Assembly (NCBI GenBank): GCA_965661545.1
Contig: CBFIEF010000006.1
Span: 17,522 to 81,521, forward strand
Direction: 5' to 3'
DNA from: Alphaproteobacteria bacterium
GTDB lineage: Bacteria; Pseudomonadota; Alphaproteobacteria; UBA7985
DNA length: 64,000 bases
In this document: positions 38,856-49,706 of the stretch, one piece after another
How positions within the stretch are numbered: position 1 is the first letter of the stretch
Layout: every line of letters begins with the position of its first letter
The notes under the pieces: generated by a model
What the model was told of the DNA's origin: nothing
The model's database searches: none
The model's input: only the letters and a program-made list of their open reading frames with translations
Made by a program: the position numbers and the translations under genes

Positions 38856-39680
38856 TCACTCTCCTTTTTGGAGAGCTAAGGCACGTTGATACACGTCTCG
38901 CTTGGGTAGGTTCAATGTTTTTGCAACTTCAGCGGAAGCGTTCTTGACTGACAAGGTCTCCAAAGCCGCCATTAAGGCGCCATCCAAATCCGCAGCAGTG
39001 ACGGGTTCTGGCGGCAAGGGTGCGCCGACGCAGATACAGATTTCGCCCTTGGGTGCGCCAGCCTCTTGATAGTGCTCTGCCAGCTCAGCCAAGGAACCGC
39101 GCCGGGTTTCCTCAAACTGCTTGGTCAGCTCGCGGGAGACCGAGGCTGGACGATCGCCAAAGACATCGGCCATGTCGCTCAGCGAGGCGGCCAGACGGTT
39201 GGCTGATTCGTAGAAGATCAAGGTTGCCGGAACAGCAGTCATATCCTCTAGCCACTTCTTACGCCCAACGGTCTTGTTTGGCGCAAAGCCAGCAAAGAGG
39301 AACCGGTCTGTTGGCAAGCCGCTAAGCTGCAAAGCCATTAGTGCAGCATTGGCGCCCGGGACGCCAGTAACCGCATAGCCTGCGCCAATGACCGAACGAA
39401 CCAGCCGGTAGCCGGGATCGGAAATGAGCGGCATTCCGGCATCAGAAACCAGAACGACCGTTTGGCCTTGCCCCAGGCGGTACAGGATCCCGTCGATCAT
39501 TTGGTCTTCATTGTGGTCGTGCAGCGGTACCAAGCGCGTTTCGACGCCGAAACGGGTGGTGAGCTTACGGGTGACGCGCGTGTCTTCACACAGCACCACG
39601 TCCGCGGCTTTCATCGCTTCAATACCGCGTGGCGGCATATCTCCAAGATTTCCAATGGGTGTCGTGACAAGGATCAGCAT
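38856..39680 (-). CDS. rsmI: 16S rRNA C1402 2'-O-methyltransferase
   Basis: TPIGNLGD, CEDTR, VSDAGMPLISDPG, FYES, RELTK.FEE. Confidence 0.96.
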   Translation of the reverse strand: MLILVTTPIGNLGDMPPRGIEAMKAADVVLCEDTRVTRKLTTRFGVETRLVPLHDHNEDQMIDGILYRLGQGQTVVLVSDAGMPLISDPGYRLVRSVIGAGYAVTGVPGANAALMALQLSGLPTDRFLFAGFAPNKTVGRKKWLEDMTAVPATLIFYESANRLAASLSDMADVFGDRPASVSRELTKQFEETRRGSLAELAEHYQEAGAPKGEICICVGAPLPPEPVTAADLDGALMAALETLSVKNASAEVAKTLNLPKRDVYQRALALQKGE

Positions 39681-39683
39681 GAC

Positions 39684-40850
39684 TTAGGACTGAAGGTAGC
39701 GAGCCAGCGCGTCAATAACCGGACGGCCCTCGTCTGTTACTTTTAAGATATCATCCGTGGTCGTTAGTAAGCTTTCGCGCTCCAGCGTATCGAGATGTTC
39801 CGCATTCAAGGGTGCTTGGGCGAGGGCATGGTAATGGCTCAGCGGCATGCCTTCAGACAGACGCAGGCCAAAGGGCAGGGCTTCGGCCAATTGATCCTCT
39901 GGAGTCAGCACGTCTCGGGTGACCGTGGCGTGTCCCGCATCACTTTCCACATGATCCAGCCAAACAGTCGGTGCCCGGTGTTGTCGCGTCGCTAATTTGG
40001 ACCCACCGGTTGTCAGCCGTCCATGCGCGCCGGGGCCAATGCCGATGTAGTCCTGATATCGCCAATACAGGCTGTTGTGCTGGCTTTGTAGATTGGCAGA
40101 CGGGGCGTGATTGCTGACCTCGTAGCCCTCATAGCCCGCCTGTTCGAGTGCCTTTCTGGTGGCGAGATAGAAGTCAGCTGTATCATCCTCGCTCTTGGGC
40201 TGGATCAAGCCCTTGCGTGTGAGTTGCTCAAAAATCGTGTTGGGTTCAATGGTCAGTTGGTAGAGCGAGATGTGGTTCGGCTTGAGCGCCAACGCTTGGA
40301 CCAGTTCGTTTTGCCAGTCCTCAAAGGTTTGGCGCGGGCGGGCGTACATCAGGTCGAAGCTGATGTTATCAAATACGGAGCGCGCCACTTCCAGCGCGGC
40401 CAGCGCTTCTTCGACGCTGTGTTGTCGACCAAGCGCGAGCAACGCCTTGTCGCGCAAGCTTTGCACACCGAGCGAAAGCCGGTTCACGCCGGCGTCGCGA
40501 TATCCGGTGAAGCGGTCGGCATCTGAACTGGTGGGATTGGCTTCGAGGCTGATTTCAATGTCGTTGCGAAAGCCGATTTCGGCCTGCGCGGCACGAATGA
40601 CCGCAGCGACGGTTTCCGGCTGCATCAGCGAAGGCGTGCCGCCACCAAAAAAGATGGATGTGAGTTTCCGGCCCTGGGCCAGCGGGGCAAAGTGTTGCAA
40701 CTCTCGGACCAAGGCCGACGCCCACCGTTGATGGTCAGTGGGGTCGTCGAGGCCAACTTCGTGGACGTTGAAGTCGCAATAGGGGCAGCGTTTCTGGCAA
40801 AAGGGCCAGTGGACATAGAGACCGAGTTTGAAATCTTCTGCCGCGATCAT
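39684..40850 (-). CDS. hemW: Radical SAM heme chaperone HemW (HemN-like)
   Basis: [48 protein letters not shown]. Confidence 0.93.
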   Translation of the reverse strand: MIAAEDFKLGLYVHWPFCQKRCPYCDFNVHEVGLDDPTDHQRWASALVRELQHFAPLAQGRKLTSIFFGGGTPSLMQPETVAAVIRAAQAEIGFRNDIEISLEANPTSSDADRFTGYRDAGVNRLSLGVQSLRDKALLALGRQHSVEEALAALEVARSVFDNISFDLMYARPRQTFEDWQNELVQALALKPNHISLYQLTIEPNTIFEQLTRKGLIQPKSEDDTADFYLATRKALEQAGYEGYEVSNHAPSANLQSQHNSLYWRYQDYIGIGPGAHGRLTTGGSKLATRQHRAPTVWLDHVESDAGHATVTRDVLTPEDQLAEALPFGLRLSEGMPLSHYHALAQAPLNAEHLDTLERESLLTTTDDILKVTDEGRPVIDALARYLQS

Positions 40851-41446
40851 TCAGTAAAGCAAGCGGCGACAAGCTGTTCAAAGGCATGAGCGCGGTGGCT
40901 CATTGCGTGCTTTTTCGCCGGGTCCATTTCGCCAAAGGTTTGGCTGAAGCCTGTGGGAACGAAAATGGGATCATAGCCAAAGCCATGTTTGCCCTTTGCC
41001 GGGAACGTCAGCGCGCCTGTGATGGTGCCGAGAAACGTCTCGTCATGGCCATCGGGCCAGGCCAGCGTAAGCGCGCAAATGAACATCGCTTCCCGTGAGG
41101 GGTTGTCGCCCAACTCCTCGCGTACGCGATCCATGGCAACCCCGAAATCCTTGGTCGGACCTGCCCAACGTGCTGAGTAAATCCCGGGCGCGCCATCCAG
41201 TGCCTTGACCGACAAACCACTATCATCGGCGAGCGCCGGCAGGCCGGAAGCCTTTGCCGCCGCATGAGCCTTGAGCCGGGCGTTGCCCTTGAACGTCGTT
41301 TCTGTTTCTTCAGGCTCGGGCAAGTCCAGCTCACCCGCTGACACAACCTCGATGCCGAACGGCTTCACCAAGTCGGCGATTTCGACGACTTTGCCGGGAT
41401 TGTGAGTCGCAAGGACGAGTTTAGGCTCTTTGAAAAGACGCGCCAT
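40847..41446 (-). CDS. rdgB: Non-canonical purine NTP pyrophosphatase
   Basis: [31 protein letters not shown]. Confidence 0.96.
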   Translation of the reverse strand: MARLFKEPKLVLATHNPGKVVEIADLVKPFGIEVVSAGELDLPEPEETETTFKGNARLKAHAAAKASGLPALADDSGLSVKALDGAPGIYSARWAGPTKDFGVAMDRVREELGDNPSREAMFICALTLAWPDGHDETFLGTITGALTFPAKGKHGFGYDPIFVPTGFSQTFGEMDPAKKHAMSHRAHAFEQLVAACFTE

Positions 41447-41453
41447 TGGGTTG

Positions 41454-42179
41454 CTAGCCTTCTAATGCTTTGTTCTGGGCTTCGGCAATTTCGCTCACGC
41501 CCTTCTTTGCGAGGGCAAGCAGGGCCATGAACTCGGTCTGCGCAAAGGGTGTTTCTTCTGCCGTCGCTTGGATTTCCACGATGCCGCCATCGGCCACCAT
41601 GACAAAGTTCGCATCAGTCTCAGCGGTGCTGTCTTCGGCGTAGTCCAGATCAAGCAGCGCTGTGCCGTCGCAAATGCCGCAGGAGATCGCAGCCAGTTGC
41701 CCGGACATGGGGCTTTCCTTCAGCATGCCGATTTTCATCAGGTGCTTGAACGCCATTTGCAGGGCAACGTAGGCGCCAGAGATCGATGCTGTTCGCGTGC
41801 CGCCGTCGGCCTGCAGAACATCACAATCAACCTTGATTTGGACTTCGGGCAGCTTGCTCAGGTCAACGACGGCCCGCAGGGAGCGGCCAATTAAGCGCTG
41901 AATTTCCTGCGTGCGGCCCGACTGTTTCCCGCGCGCTGCTTCTCGGCCCATGCGTTGGTCTGTTGACCGTGGCAGCATGCCGTACTCAGCCGTAATCCAG
42001 CCCTTGCCCGTATTTCGCATCCAGCCCGGAACCGAATCTTCAACGGTGGCGGTAACCAAAACTTTGGTGTCGCCGAAGCTGATCAGGCAGGAGCCTTCAG
42101 CGTACTTGTTGACGTCGGTTTCGATGGTGATTTCACGCATCTGGTCAACTGCGCGGCCAGAAGGACGGGTATAGGACAT
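41454..42179 (-). CDS. rph: Ribonuclease PH
   Basis: [43 protein letters not shown]. Confidence 0.97.
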   Translation of the reverse strand: MSYTRPSGRAVDQMREITIETDVNKYAEGSCLISFGDTKVLVTATVEDSVPGWMRNTGKGWITAEYGMLPRSTDQRMGREAARGKQSGRTQEIQRLIGRSLRAVVDLSKLPEVQIKVDCDVLQADGGTRTASISGAYVALQMAFKHLMKIGMLKESPMSGQLAAISCGICDGTALLDLDYAEDSTAETDANFVMVADGGIVEIQATAEETPFAQTEFMALLALAKKGVSEIAEAQNKALEG

Positions 42180-42253
42180 GAAAAACTTCCTGTTTCGATG
42201 GGGGCAGACCGGAATTCGGGATCTGGTGGACCTTTGTTGTCGCAGATAATGGC

Positions 42254-43087
42254 TTAATTCGGAACTCTCCGATCGTGAACCACTGTCACCCGGTTCATGC
42301 AGCGGTACGTGGGGAGATAGTCGGCGACGGCGTAATGCATAGTGACGCGATTGTCCCACATGGCCAGATCACCCGCTTGCCACCGCCATCGAACCTGCAG
42401 CTCGGGCCTGTTCATGTGATTGGCAAGCCAAGTCTTGAGACTGTTGGCTTCGTTCGTGGTCAGGCCTTTGATGTGATTTACAAAAGCTTCGTTGAAATTG
42501 AGGAACGAGCGGCCTGTCACTGGATGATGGTCGATCAGCGGTCGGACGCGATGGCCAAAGCGGCTTACGGCGTCATTCAGACTTTGGTCGGGGTCGGTAT
42601 TCTCAGCAAAGGTATTGCGGAAATCGCCCATATCGTGAATCGCCTCCAGTCCCTGCAGGTCGGCTTTCATGCCCTCCGGCAATCGATCAAAAGCGGCGTA
42701 AAGACTGGACCAAAGCGTGTCTCCGCCCACAGACGGAACACTCCTTGCCACCAGAATGCTCGCAAACGGCTGCTGACGTTTGAAGGTCAGGTCGGTGTGC
42801 CAGCTGTTTGTATCCGGCGGTGCCCCGCTATCGTTCTCGAGCTTCACGATGCGGTCAAAGCCATCCACGTGTGGATAGAGCGGGTGTGGCTCGTCCAGTT
42901 GTCCGAACGCTTGGGCAAAGGCCAAGTGCTGCTCGGGTTTGATGTCGGTTTGGCGGATGAAGACGACTTGGTGCTCCATAAGGGCTCGATAGACCGCATC
43001 GGACAGTGCCTCGATCCCGTCTTCATCCCATTTCACACCTTGCAAAACCGCGCCTAACGCTGGCGTAAGCCTTTGTTCGTCCAACAT
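42254..43087 (-). CDS. TauD/TfdA family Fe(II)/2-oxoglutarate dioxygenase
   Basis: [24 protein letters not shown] facial triad. Confidence 0.9.
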   Translation of the reverse strand: MLDEQRLTPALGAVLQGVKWDEDGIEALSDAVYRALMEHQVVFIRQTDIKPEQHLAFAQAFGQLDEPHPLYPHVDGFDRIVKLENDSGAPPDTNSWHTDLTFKRQQPFASILVARSVPSVGGDTLWSSLYAAFDRLPEGMKADLQGLEAIHDMGDFRNTFAENTDPDQSLNDAVSRFGHRVRPLIDHHPVTGRSFLNFNEAFVNHIKGLTTNEANSLKTWLANHMNRPELQVRWRWQAGDLAMWDNRVTMHYAVADYLPTYRCMNRVTVVHDRRVPN

Positions 43088-43262
43088 TCGAAACTCTCTC
43101 TCGTCCGATATTCACGGACCCTAGCCAACATAAGCCCCAAAAGTGCGCCCAATCAGGTCAACTTTGTCTTGAGCAAGCCATTGGCAGCGATTGTTGGCTG
43201 TTGGCTCAGCCAGATTGTTCGGCGGCGTTGACCTCCTCTCATGCCGTTCATACATAAGCTGA

Positions 43263-44342
43263 ATGAATTTCGATGATGCCAAGAATGCCAATTCCGCGAT
43301 GACCTCGCTTTCCGAACGCGCGCAGAGCGTGATGCGGAGCGTTGTGGCGCAGTATATGGAGACGGGTTCAACGGTCTCCTCACGCTTCATTTCCAAGTTG
43401 CCCGACTTCGGGCTGTCATCGGCATCGATCCGTTCGGTGATGCTGGACCTCGAAGAAGCTGGCTTGCTCTACGCGCCGCACACGTCCGCTGGACGAATGC
43501 CGACCGAGGCCGGCTTGAGGCTGTTTGTCGAAGGGTTGCTGGAACAGAACAATCTGAGCGCTGACGACCGTTCGGACATTGAAGGCCAATGTCAGGTCGC
43601 GGGCCGATCTGTTGATGCAGTGCTCGCCGATGCCTCTGGCGTGCTCAGTGGCCTGTCATCCTGCGTCGGCCTTGTGGTGGCGCCAACGGTTGAAGAACCC
43701 ATCCGGCATATCGAGTTTGTGCCGCTGTCACCGGGACGCGCGCTGGTGGTGCTGGTGTTTGAGGGCGGTCATGTCGAGAACCGCCTGCTGGAACTGCCCG
43801 TCGGTGTTGGCAGCGACGCGCTGATCCGAGCAGGCAACTTCTTGTCGGCTCGCTTGGCGGGCAAAACGCTGGATCAGGCTCGGGCCTCGATCTCAGCAGA
43901 AGTGAATTCAAACCGCGCAGAGATTGATCGCCTGACCGCCTCGATCGTTGAAGCGGGATTGGCGACGCAAGGGAAGGACGTGAAGGATGGCGTTCTGATC
44001 GTGCGCGGGCAATCCAACCTGCTTAAAGATGTGCGCCAGCTTGAAGAACTGCACAAAGTTCAAACGCTCTTCCAAGCGTTAGAGACCAAAGAAACCATGC
44101 TGAAGCTGCTGGAAAGCACGGACACCGCCGAGGGCATCCAGATTTTTATCGGCGAGCAAACCGAGCTTTTTGGACTTTCTGGGTGTTCGATGATCCTCGC
44201 GCCGTACCAAAATCAGTCTAATCAAGTCGTGGGTGCCGTTGGCGTCATAGGCCCCATGCATATGAATTACGGGCGTATTATTCCCATGGTGGATTATACC
44301 GCCCAGATTGTAAGCCGTGCGCTTGGCAATGCATCCGCCTAA
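43263..44342 (+). CDS. hrcA: Heat-inducible transcriptional repressor
   Basis: LSSASIRSVM.DLE..GLL..PHTSAGRMPT, GVIGP..MNY; start may be 43299. Confidence 0.96.
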   Translation: MNFDDAKNANSAMTSLSERAQSVMRSVVAQYMETGSTVSSRFISKLPDFGLSSASIRSVMLDLEEAGLLYAPHTSAGRMPTEAGLRLFVEGLLEQNNLSADDRSDIEGQCQVAGRSVDAVLADASGVLSGLSSCVGLVVAPTVEEPIRHIEFVPLSPGRALVVLVFEGGHVENRLLELPVGVGSDALIRAGNFLSARLAGKTLDQARASISAEVNSNRAEIDRLTASIVEAGLATQGKDVKDGVLIVRGQSNLLKDVRQLEELHKVQTLFQALETKETMLKLLESTDTAEGIQIFIGEQTELFGLSGCSMILAPYQNQSNQVVGAVGVIGPMHMNYGRIIPMVDYTAQIVSRALGNASA

Positions 44343-44397
44343 GCAAGGATCCTGCCGTAGCGCTCCCCCTATGAAACGTTGATTGAGGAAGACCTTC

Positions 44398-45045
44398 GTG
44401 TCCGACCAAAAGACCACGCCAGATATCGATCCAGAAGACATCAAGGCTGCAGAACGCGCTGCAGGCATTGAGTCGGTACCTGACGAAGACGAATTGCCCC
44501 CCGAGACCTCCCCCGAAGAACAAACGGCTGATGATTTGGTCATTGAGCTCGAAGCTCAACTTGCCGAAGCCAAAGCCGACCGGCTGCGCGCCGTGGCCGA
44601 AGCGGAAAACACCCGCAAGCGAGCAGAGCGTGAGATCGCAAATGTACGTAAGTACGCATCTGAACCGTTGGCCCGTGACTTTCTGCAGGTGTCTGAGTTC
44701 ATTCGCATGGCGCTGCAAAGCGTAAGCGAAGAGCAGGCCGACGCAGACCCGCTGCTGAAGAATTTGCGGGTTGGCGTTGCGATGACCGAAAAGACGCTGC
44801 TGGACGCTTTTGAGCGAAACAACGTCAAGCAAATCACCGCGAAGGCTGGCGATCCCTACGACCACAATGCCCACGAAGCCATTTCACGGGTTGATGCCCC
44901 TGAAGGCGTCGAGCCGGGGCAGATTGTGCAAATGATTGGCGCGGGTTATCGCCTGCACGATCGCTTGATCAAGCCCGCAACTGTTGTCGTCGCGCAAGCG
45001 CCTCAGGCCCCTGAGGAGAGCAGCGACGAGGAAGCCGCGGAATAG
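44398..45045 (+). CDS. grpE: Nucleotide exchange factor GrpE
   Basis: RAVAEAENTRKR, YDHNAHEAI, GYRLHDRLIKPA.VVV; GTG start after GAGG. Confidence 0.95.
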   Translation: MSDQKTTPDIDPEDIKAAERAAGIESVPDEDELPPETSPEEQTADDLVIELEAQLAEAKADRLRAVAEAENTRKRAEREIANVRKYASEPLARDFLQVSEFIRMALQSVSEEQADADPLLKNLRVGVAMTEKTLLDAFERNNVKQITAKAGDPYDHNAHEAISRVDAPEGVEPGQIVQMIGAGYRLHDRLIKPATVVVAQAPQAPEESSDEEAAE

Positions 45046-45117
45046 AACAACACCCTCACTTGAATTTATGGACGGTTCGGTATGCACGTAAGACACCACT
45101 ACGCGCATGCGACAGCC

Positions 45118-45145
45118 ATTGCGACAGGATTTCCAGACCCTATAT
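45118..45145 (+). promoter_or_regulatory. Putative RpoH (sigma32) promoter of dnaK
   Basis: ATTG-N17-CCTATAT, one mismatch from the alphaproteobacterial CTTG-N17-CCTATAT consensus. Confidence 0.6.
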
Positions 45146-45305
45146 CTCCAAATGAAAGAGGAACGGAGCATTTCGTTCCGCCATTCATGTTCGCTCTCGC
45201 TCAAAAGCCGTGTGGCAACGAGGAAAGCACCTGGAGGGGGCCGGAAACCGGGGCTTCGACTGAAGACTGGTTCGAGCGTCCGCTGAAGAAAGGAATAGAA
45301 GTAGT

Positions 45306-47228
45306 ATGAGCAAAGTCATCGGTATTGACTTGGGTACAACCAACTCGTGTGTGGCCGTTATGGAAGGCTCCAACACGAAGGTTATCGAAAACGCAGAAGG
45401 CGCGCGTACCACGCCTTCGATGGTGGCATTCAGCGACGGTGGCGAGCGGCTCGTAGGCCAATCCGCTAAGCGTCAGGCTGTTACCAACCCCGCCCGCACA
45501 CTCTACGCAATCAAGCGTCTTGTTGGTCGTCGGTTCGACGATGCGCAGACTGCTAAGCATGCTGAAATGGCGCCTTTCAAAGTTGTGAAGGCTGACAACG
45601 GCGATGCATGGGTTGAAGTCGATGGCGAAAAATACTCTCCGAGCCAGGTTTCGGCTTTCATCCTCGGTAAGATGAAAGAAACCGCTGAAGCGTACTTGGG
45701 CGAAAATGTAACCGAGGCCGTGATTACCGTTCCGGCTTACTTCAACGACGCACAGCGCCAGGCGACTAAGGACGCGGGCAAGATTGCTGGTCTGGAAGTC
45801 AAGCGGATCATCAACGAGCCAACCGCAGCGGCTATGGCCTACGGCCTCGAGAAAAAGGGCGAAGGCACGATTATCGTCTATGACCTTGGCGGTGGTACTT
45901 TTGACGTATCCGTTCTCGAAGTCGGCGACGGCGTGATCGAGGTTAAGGCCACCAACGGTGACACCTTCCTCGGCGGCGAAGATTTCGATATTCGCATCAT
46001 GGATTACCTCGCGGACGAATTCCAAAAGGAAAACGGCATTGACCTGCGTAAGCAGACCGACGCGCTTCAGCGTTTGAAGGAAGCTGCCGAAAAAGCAAAA
46101 ATCGAGCTTTCCTCTTCCATGGAAACCGAAGTGAACCTGCCGTTTATCACTGCAGACGCAACCGGCCCAAAACACCTGATGCTCAAGATTTCCCGCGCCA
46201 AGCTCGAGGCGCTGGTTGACGATCTGCTGCAGCGGACGATGGACCCGGTCAAGAATGCACTCAAAGATTCCGGCCTCGCGGCTGGCGATATTGATGAGAT
46301 CGTGATGGTTGGCGGCATGACTCGCATGCCAAAGGTTAAGGAGATCGTGAAGGGCTTCTTCGGCAAGGAGCCGAACCAAGGTGTGAACCCGGATGAAGTT
46401 GTGGCCATCGGCGCAGCGGTTCAGGGCGGCATCTTCCAAGGCGACGTTAAGGACGTTCTGTTGCTCGACGTTACCCCATTGTCGCTGGGTATCGAAACGC
46501 TGGGCGGGCAGATGACCCGCTTGATTGACCGCAACACGACCATCCCGACCTCCAAAGGCCAGACCTTCTCAACGGCGGCGGACAACCAGTCCGCTGTGAC
46601 CATCCGGGTTTTCCAGGGTGAGCGTCCGATTGCGGCTGATAACAAGATGCTGGGCCAGTTCAACCTCGAAGGCATTCCACCAGCACCGCGTGGCGTGCCA
46701 CAGATCGAAGTGACCTTTGACATCGACGCCAACGGCATTGTCTCGGTTCAGGCTAAAGACAAAGGCACGGGCCACGAGCAGAAGATCACCATTCAGGCCT
46801 CTGGCGGTTTGTCGGATGACGATATTGACCGCATGGTCAAGGACGCAGAAGCGAACGCAGCCGATGACCAGAAGCGTAAAGATCTGATTGAGGCCCGCAA
46901 CTCCGCAGATAGTCTCGCCTACCAGGCGGAAAAGACCATCAAGGACAACGCGGACAAGATCGACGATGCGGCCAAGGCTGACATTCAGGAAAAGGCCGAT
47001 GCGCTGAAAGTTGCGTCTTCGACTGAAGATCTGGATGACATCCGCGCGAAGACGGAATCGCTGTCTGAGGCCATGATGGCCATCGGTTCGGCGATTTACG
47101 GTGACCCGAATGCTGCAGAAGGCGGTGCTGGCTTCAATCCTGAAGACATGGCCGGCGGCGCAGGTATGGGCGGCGATGACGACGTGGTTGACGCTGACTT
47201 CGAAGAAGTCAACGACGACGACAAATAA
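45306..47228 (+). CDS. dnaK: Chaperone DnaK
   Basis: [33 protein letters not shown]-terminal VDADFEEV. Confidence 0.99.
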   Translation: MSKVIGIDLGTTNSCVAVMEGSNTKVIENAEGARTTPSMVAFSDGGERLVGQSAKRQAVTNPARTLYAIKRLVGRRFDDAQTAKHAEMAPFKVVKADNGDAWVEVDGEKYSPSQVSAFILGKMKETAEAYLGENVTEAVITVPAYFNDAQRQATKDAGKIAGLEVKRIINEPTAAAMAYGLEKKGEGTIIVYDLGGGTFDVSVLEVGDGVIEVKATNGDTFLGGEDFDIRIMDYLADEFQKENGIDLRKQTDALQRLKEAAEKAKIELSSSMETEVNLPFITADATGPKHLMLKISRAKLEALVDDLLQRTMDPVKNALKDSGLAAGDIDEIVMVGGMTRMPKVKEIVKGFFGKEPNQGVNPDEVVAIGAAVQGGIFQGDVKDVLLLDVTPLSLGIETLGGQMTRLIDRNTTIPTSKGQTFSTAADNQSAVTIRVFQGERPIAADNKMLGQFNLEGIPPAPRGVPQIEVTFDIDANGIVSVQAKDKGTGHEQKITIQASGGLSDDDIDRMVKDAEANAADDQKRKDLIEARNSADSLAYQAEKTIKDNADKIDDAAKADIQEKADALKVASSTEDLDDIRAKTESLSEAMMAIGSAIYGDPNAAEGGAGFNPEDMAGGAGMGGDDDVVDADFEEVNDDDK

Positions 47229-47240
47229 TCAACTGCCACC

Positions 47241-47276
47241 GCATGACACGCGCGGATTGCTCCGCGTGTGTCGTGC
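47241..47276 (+). other. Long intercistronic hairpin between dnaK and dnaJ
   Basis: GCATGACACGCGCGGA-TTGC-TCCGCGTGTGTCGTGC, 16-bp stem with G-U pairs, no U-tract. Confidence 0.65.
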
Positions 47277-47334
47277 AGCGGAGTGACGATGAGGGGCCGC
47301 TTGCTGGCCTCTCTTAAGTCTGGAGTGCAGTCCC

Positions 47335-48468
47335 ATGTCAAAACGCGATTACTACGACGTTCTGGGCGTATCAAAGTCAGCGACCGAGAAGGAACTCAAG
47401 TCGGCATTTCGTAAGCTGGCAATGGAGCACCATCCGGACCGCAACCCTGGCGATGAAGTGGCCGAAAAGACCTTCAAGGAGGTCAACGAGGCTTATGAGG
47501 CGCTGAAAGATCCTCAGAAGCGTGCAGCCTACGACCAATATGGCCATGCTGCCTTTGAACAAGGTGCGGGCGGTAATCCCTTTGGCGGCGGCGCTGGCGC
47601 GGCTGGTTTTGACGGTTTTGGTGACATCTTTGAGGAGATGTTCGGCTCTGCTTTTGGTGGGCGTCGAGGCGGTGGACGCAGCCAACCGGGTCGGGGCTCC
47701 GACCTGCAGTACAACATGTCGATTTCGCTCGACGAGGCCTTTGAAGGCAAAACGACCCAAATCAAAGTGCCGTCGGCTGAGTCCTGTTCGACCTGTTCGG
47801 GTTCTGGCGCAAAGCCGGGGACCAGCCCGACGACCTGTGGAACGTGCGGGGGCCGTGGACGTGTGCGGACCCAGAACGGCATTTTCGCAATGGAGCGGGG
47901 CTGTCCGACCTGTTCGGGGCAGGGGCAGGTCATAAGCGACCCGTGCCGGTCCTGTGGGGGCGCGGGTAAGGTTGCCAAGGACAAGCAGCTTTCCGTCAAC
48001 ATCCCCGCCGGTGTCGAAGATGGCACGCGGATCCGATTGTCTGGCGAAGGTGAATTAGGCCAGCGCGGCGGAACATCGGGCGACCTGTACATCTTCCTGA
48101 CCATCAAGGATCACGACCTCTTTGAACGAGAGGCACAGCACCTGTTTATATCCATGCCAATCGCGGTGACGACAGCGGCGCTGGGCGGTGAGATCGAGGT
48201 GCCGAGCATCGATGGCGCACGGGTTCGGGTAAAGATCCCGGCTGGCGCGCAATCCGGCCAACAGCTGCGCTTGCGTGGCAAAGGTATGTCCATCTATCGC
48301 CGTCAAGAGCGGGGCGATTTGTATGTCCGTGTGGACGTTGAGACCCCGACGAATCTTAGCAAGCGACAACGGGAACTGCTAGAAGAATTCGAGAAAGAGG
48401 GCAACGCCCACTCGCCTCTGGCCGCCAAATTCCTCAATCAGGTTAAGGGCTTTTTCAACGCAGAATAG
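47335..48468 (+). CDS. dnaJ: Chaperone DnaJ
   Basis: J domain HPD, G/F-rich region, four CxxCxGxG repeats. Confidence 0.99.
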   Translation: MSKRDYYDVLGVSKSATEKELKSAFRKLAMEHHPDRNPGDEVAEKTFKEVNEAYEALKDPQKRAAYDQYGHAAFEQGAGGNPFGGGAGAAGFDGFGDIFEEMFGSAFGGRRGGGRSQPGRGSDLQYNMSISLDEAFEGKTTQIKVPSAESCSTCSGSGAKPGTSPTTCGTCGGRGRVRTQNGIFAMERGCPTCSGQGQVISDPCRSCGGAGKVAKDKQLSVNIPAGVEDGTRIRLSGEGELGQRGGTSGDLYIFLTIKDHDLFEREAQHLFISMPIAVTTAALGGEIEVPSIDGARVRVKIPAGAQSGQQLRLRGKGMSIYRRQERGDLYVRVDVETPTNLSKRQRELLEEFEKEGNAHSPLAAKFLNQVKGFFNAE

Positions 48469-48535
48469 CCCGGTGCAATTTTTGTCTCACTTGTGATATA
48501 GCTCCGGCGATATCGACATAACGGGAGGGTCATCG

Positions 48536-49042
48536 ATGTTCACCGAACTCTACACAAAGCAATTAGCTGGTTACGCCAGCTACCACCAGGACGAACGGAA
48601 TGAAGCGACACACTTCATCGGTATTCCGCTGATCGTCATTGGGGTTCTGTTCGTGGCGTCATGGCCAAAGCTCTTTGGACTACCAGTTTCGGTCTATGCT
48701 TTTGTGGCTTTTGCTGTCCTGTGGATGTCGATGGATCTGCTGATTGGCGGCATTGTCGTATTGCTCACCCTGCCATTTCTATGGCTTGGAGTTACCTGGT
48801 ACGACCCGACGCTCTCCGTGATGTGGAAGATCATTATTGCCATTGGTCTGCAGGTTGTAGGGTGGGGTTTCCAGCTGGTAGGCCACGCTTTCGAAGGGAA
48901 GCGTCCGGCGCTGTTGGACAATTTGTTTCAGGGGCTGCTCGGGCCAACGTTTTTGGTCTATGAAGTGGTTCACCGCTTTGGCCTGAAGCAGAAACTCAAA
49001 GATGACGTAGACGCTGAACTGGCCCGATTGATTCAGTCTTAG
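48536..49042 (+). CDS. Mpo1-like / DUF962 membrane protein
   Basis: YASYHQDERN..THFIGIP and QLVGHAFEGKRPALLDN. Confidence 0.88.
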   Translation: MFTELYTKQLAGYASYHQDERNEATHFIGIPLIVIGVLFVASWPKLFGLPVSVYAFVAFAVLWMSMDLLIGGIVVLLTLPFLWLGVTWYDPTLSVMWKIIIAIGLQVVGWGFQLVGHAFEGKRPALLDNLFQGLLGPTFLVYEVVHRFGLKQKLKDDVDAELARLIQS

Positions 49043-49062
49043 TTGAGGTCTCCCCGAAAACC

Positions 49063-49617
49063 ATGATCCGTCGTCTCCTGCCTTGGGCAATTATCGCTTT
49101 CCTCGCGGCTATCGCATTCTTCGTCAGCAGCGCATTTATCCGAGCGTGGCAATTGCCCGAGGACTTGAGTGCCTCGGTAACCGAGACGGTTGAGTCCCCG
49201 GTTGCGGCGGTTTGGATGGTTGTGAATACAGCAGGTGTTCTCGAAGAGCGCTTTGACGAGGTGGAATTCGAGAACGTCGTCGAAGACGACTTTGGTTTGG
49301 TCAGCTGGACATCACGCCACGAAGACCGGAATTACTACACCCAATTCACCCGAACCCGCGCTGAGCAGCCCACGGATGGTTCAGACTGGGTCTATGCCTA
49401 CAGCATCGTACCCGACGACGTGCCGGTGTTAACCGCACGATTGATTGAGATGCGCGACCTCGGGAACGGGACAACGGAAGTTCAGATCACCGATAAGCTC
49501 AGCGTCAAAGACCGACAGCTGCGCATGTGGATGGGGATTTTGGGCCTTGATAGCGGCGTGAAGAATGAGATGAAGGCGATTACGTCTCTGGCCAGCGCAG
49601 CGGAAGCAGCGCTCTAG
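49063..49617 (+). CDS. Membrane-anchored hypothetical protein, possibly SRPBCC/START fold
   Basis: N-terminal TM, then ASVTETVESPVAAVW and GTTEVQITD patterns and a C-terminal helix. Confidence 0.5.
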   Translation: MIRRLLPWAIIAFLAAIAFFVSSAFIRAWQLPEDLSASVTETVESPVAAVWMVVNTAGVLEERFDEVEFENVVEDDFGLVSWTSRHEDRNYYTQFTRTRAEQPTDGSDWVYAYSIVPDDVPVLTARLIEMRDLGNGTTEVQITDKLSVKDRQLRMWMGILGLDSGVKNEMKAITSLASAAEAAL

Positions 49618-49648
49618 CACCCGCCCCTTTGCCAACCAAGAAACCCAC

Positions 49649-49686
49649 AAAAAAAGGCTCCGGTCAGGACGACGGGAGCCTTTTTT
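49649..49686. terminator. Bidirectional intrinsic terminator
   Basis: AAAAAAAGGCTCC...GGAGCCTTTTTT between convergent genes. Confidence 0.85.
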
Positions 49687-49706
49687 CGTGCAGGGGTGTT
49701 CGCCCC

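Noticed and set aside
43088-45305. CIRCE element near hrcA, grpE or dnaK
   Set aside because: No TTAGCACTC-N9-GAGTGCTAA match seen
45201-46439. 412-aa ORF antisense to dnaK
   Set aside because: Well-known shadow frame opposite hsp70 genes, produced by codon bias; no independent motifs
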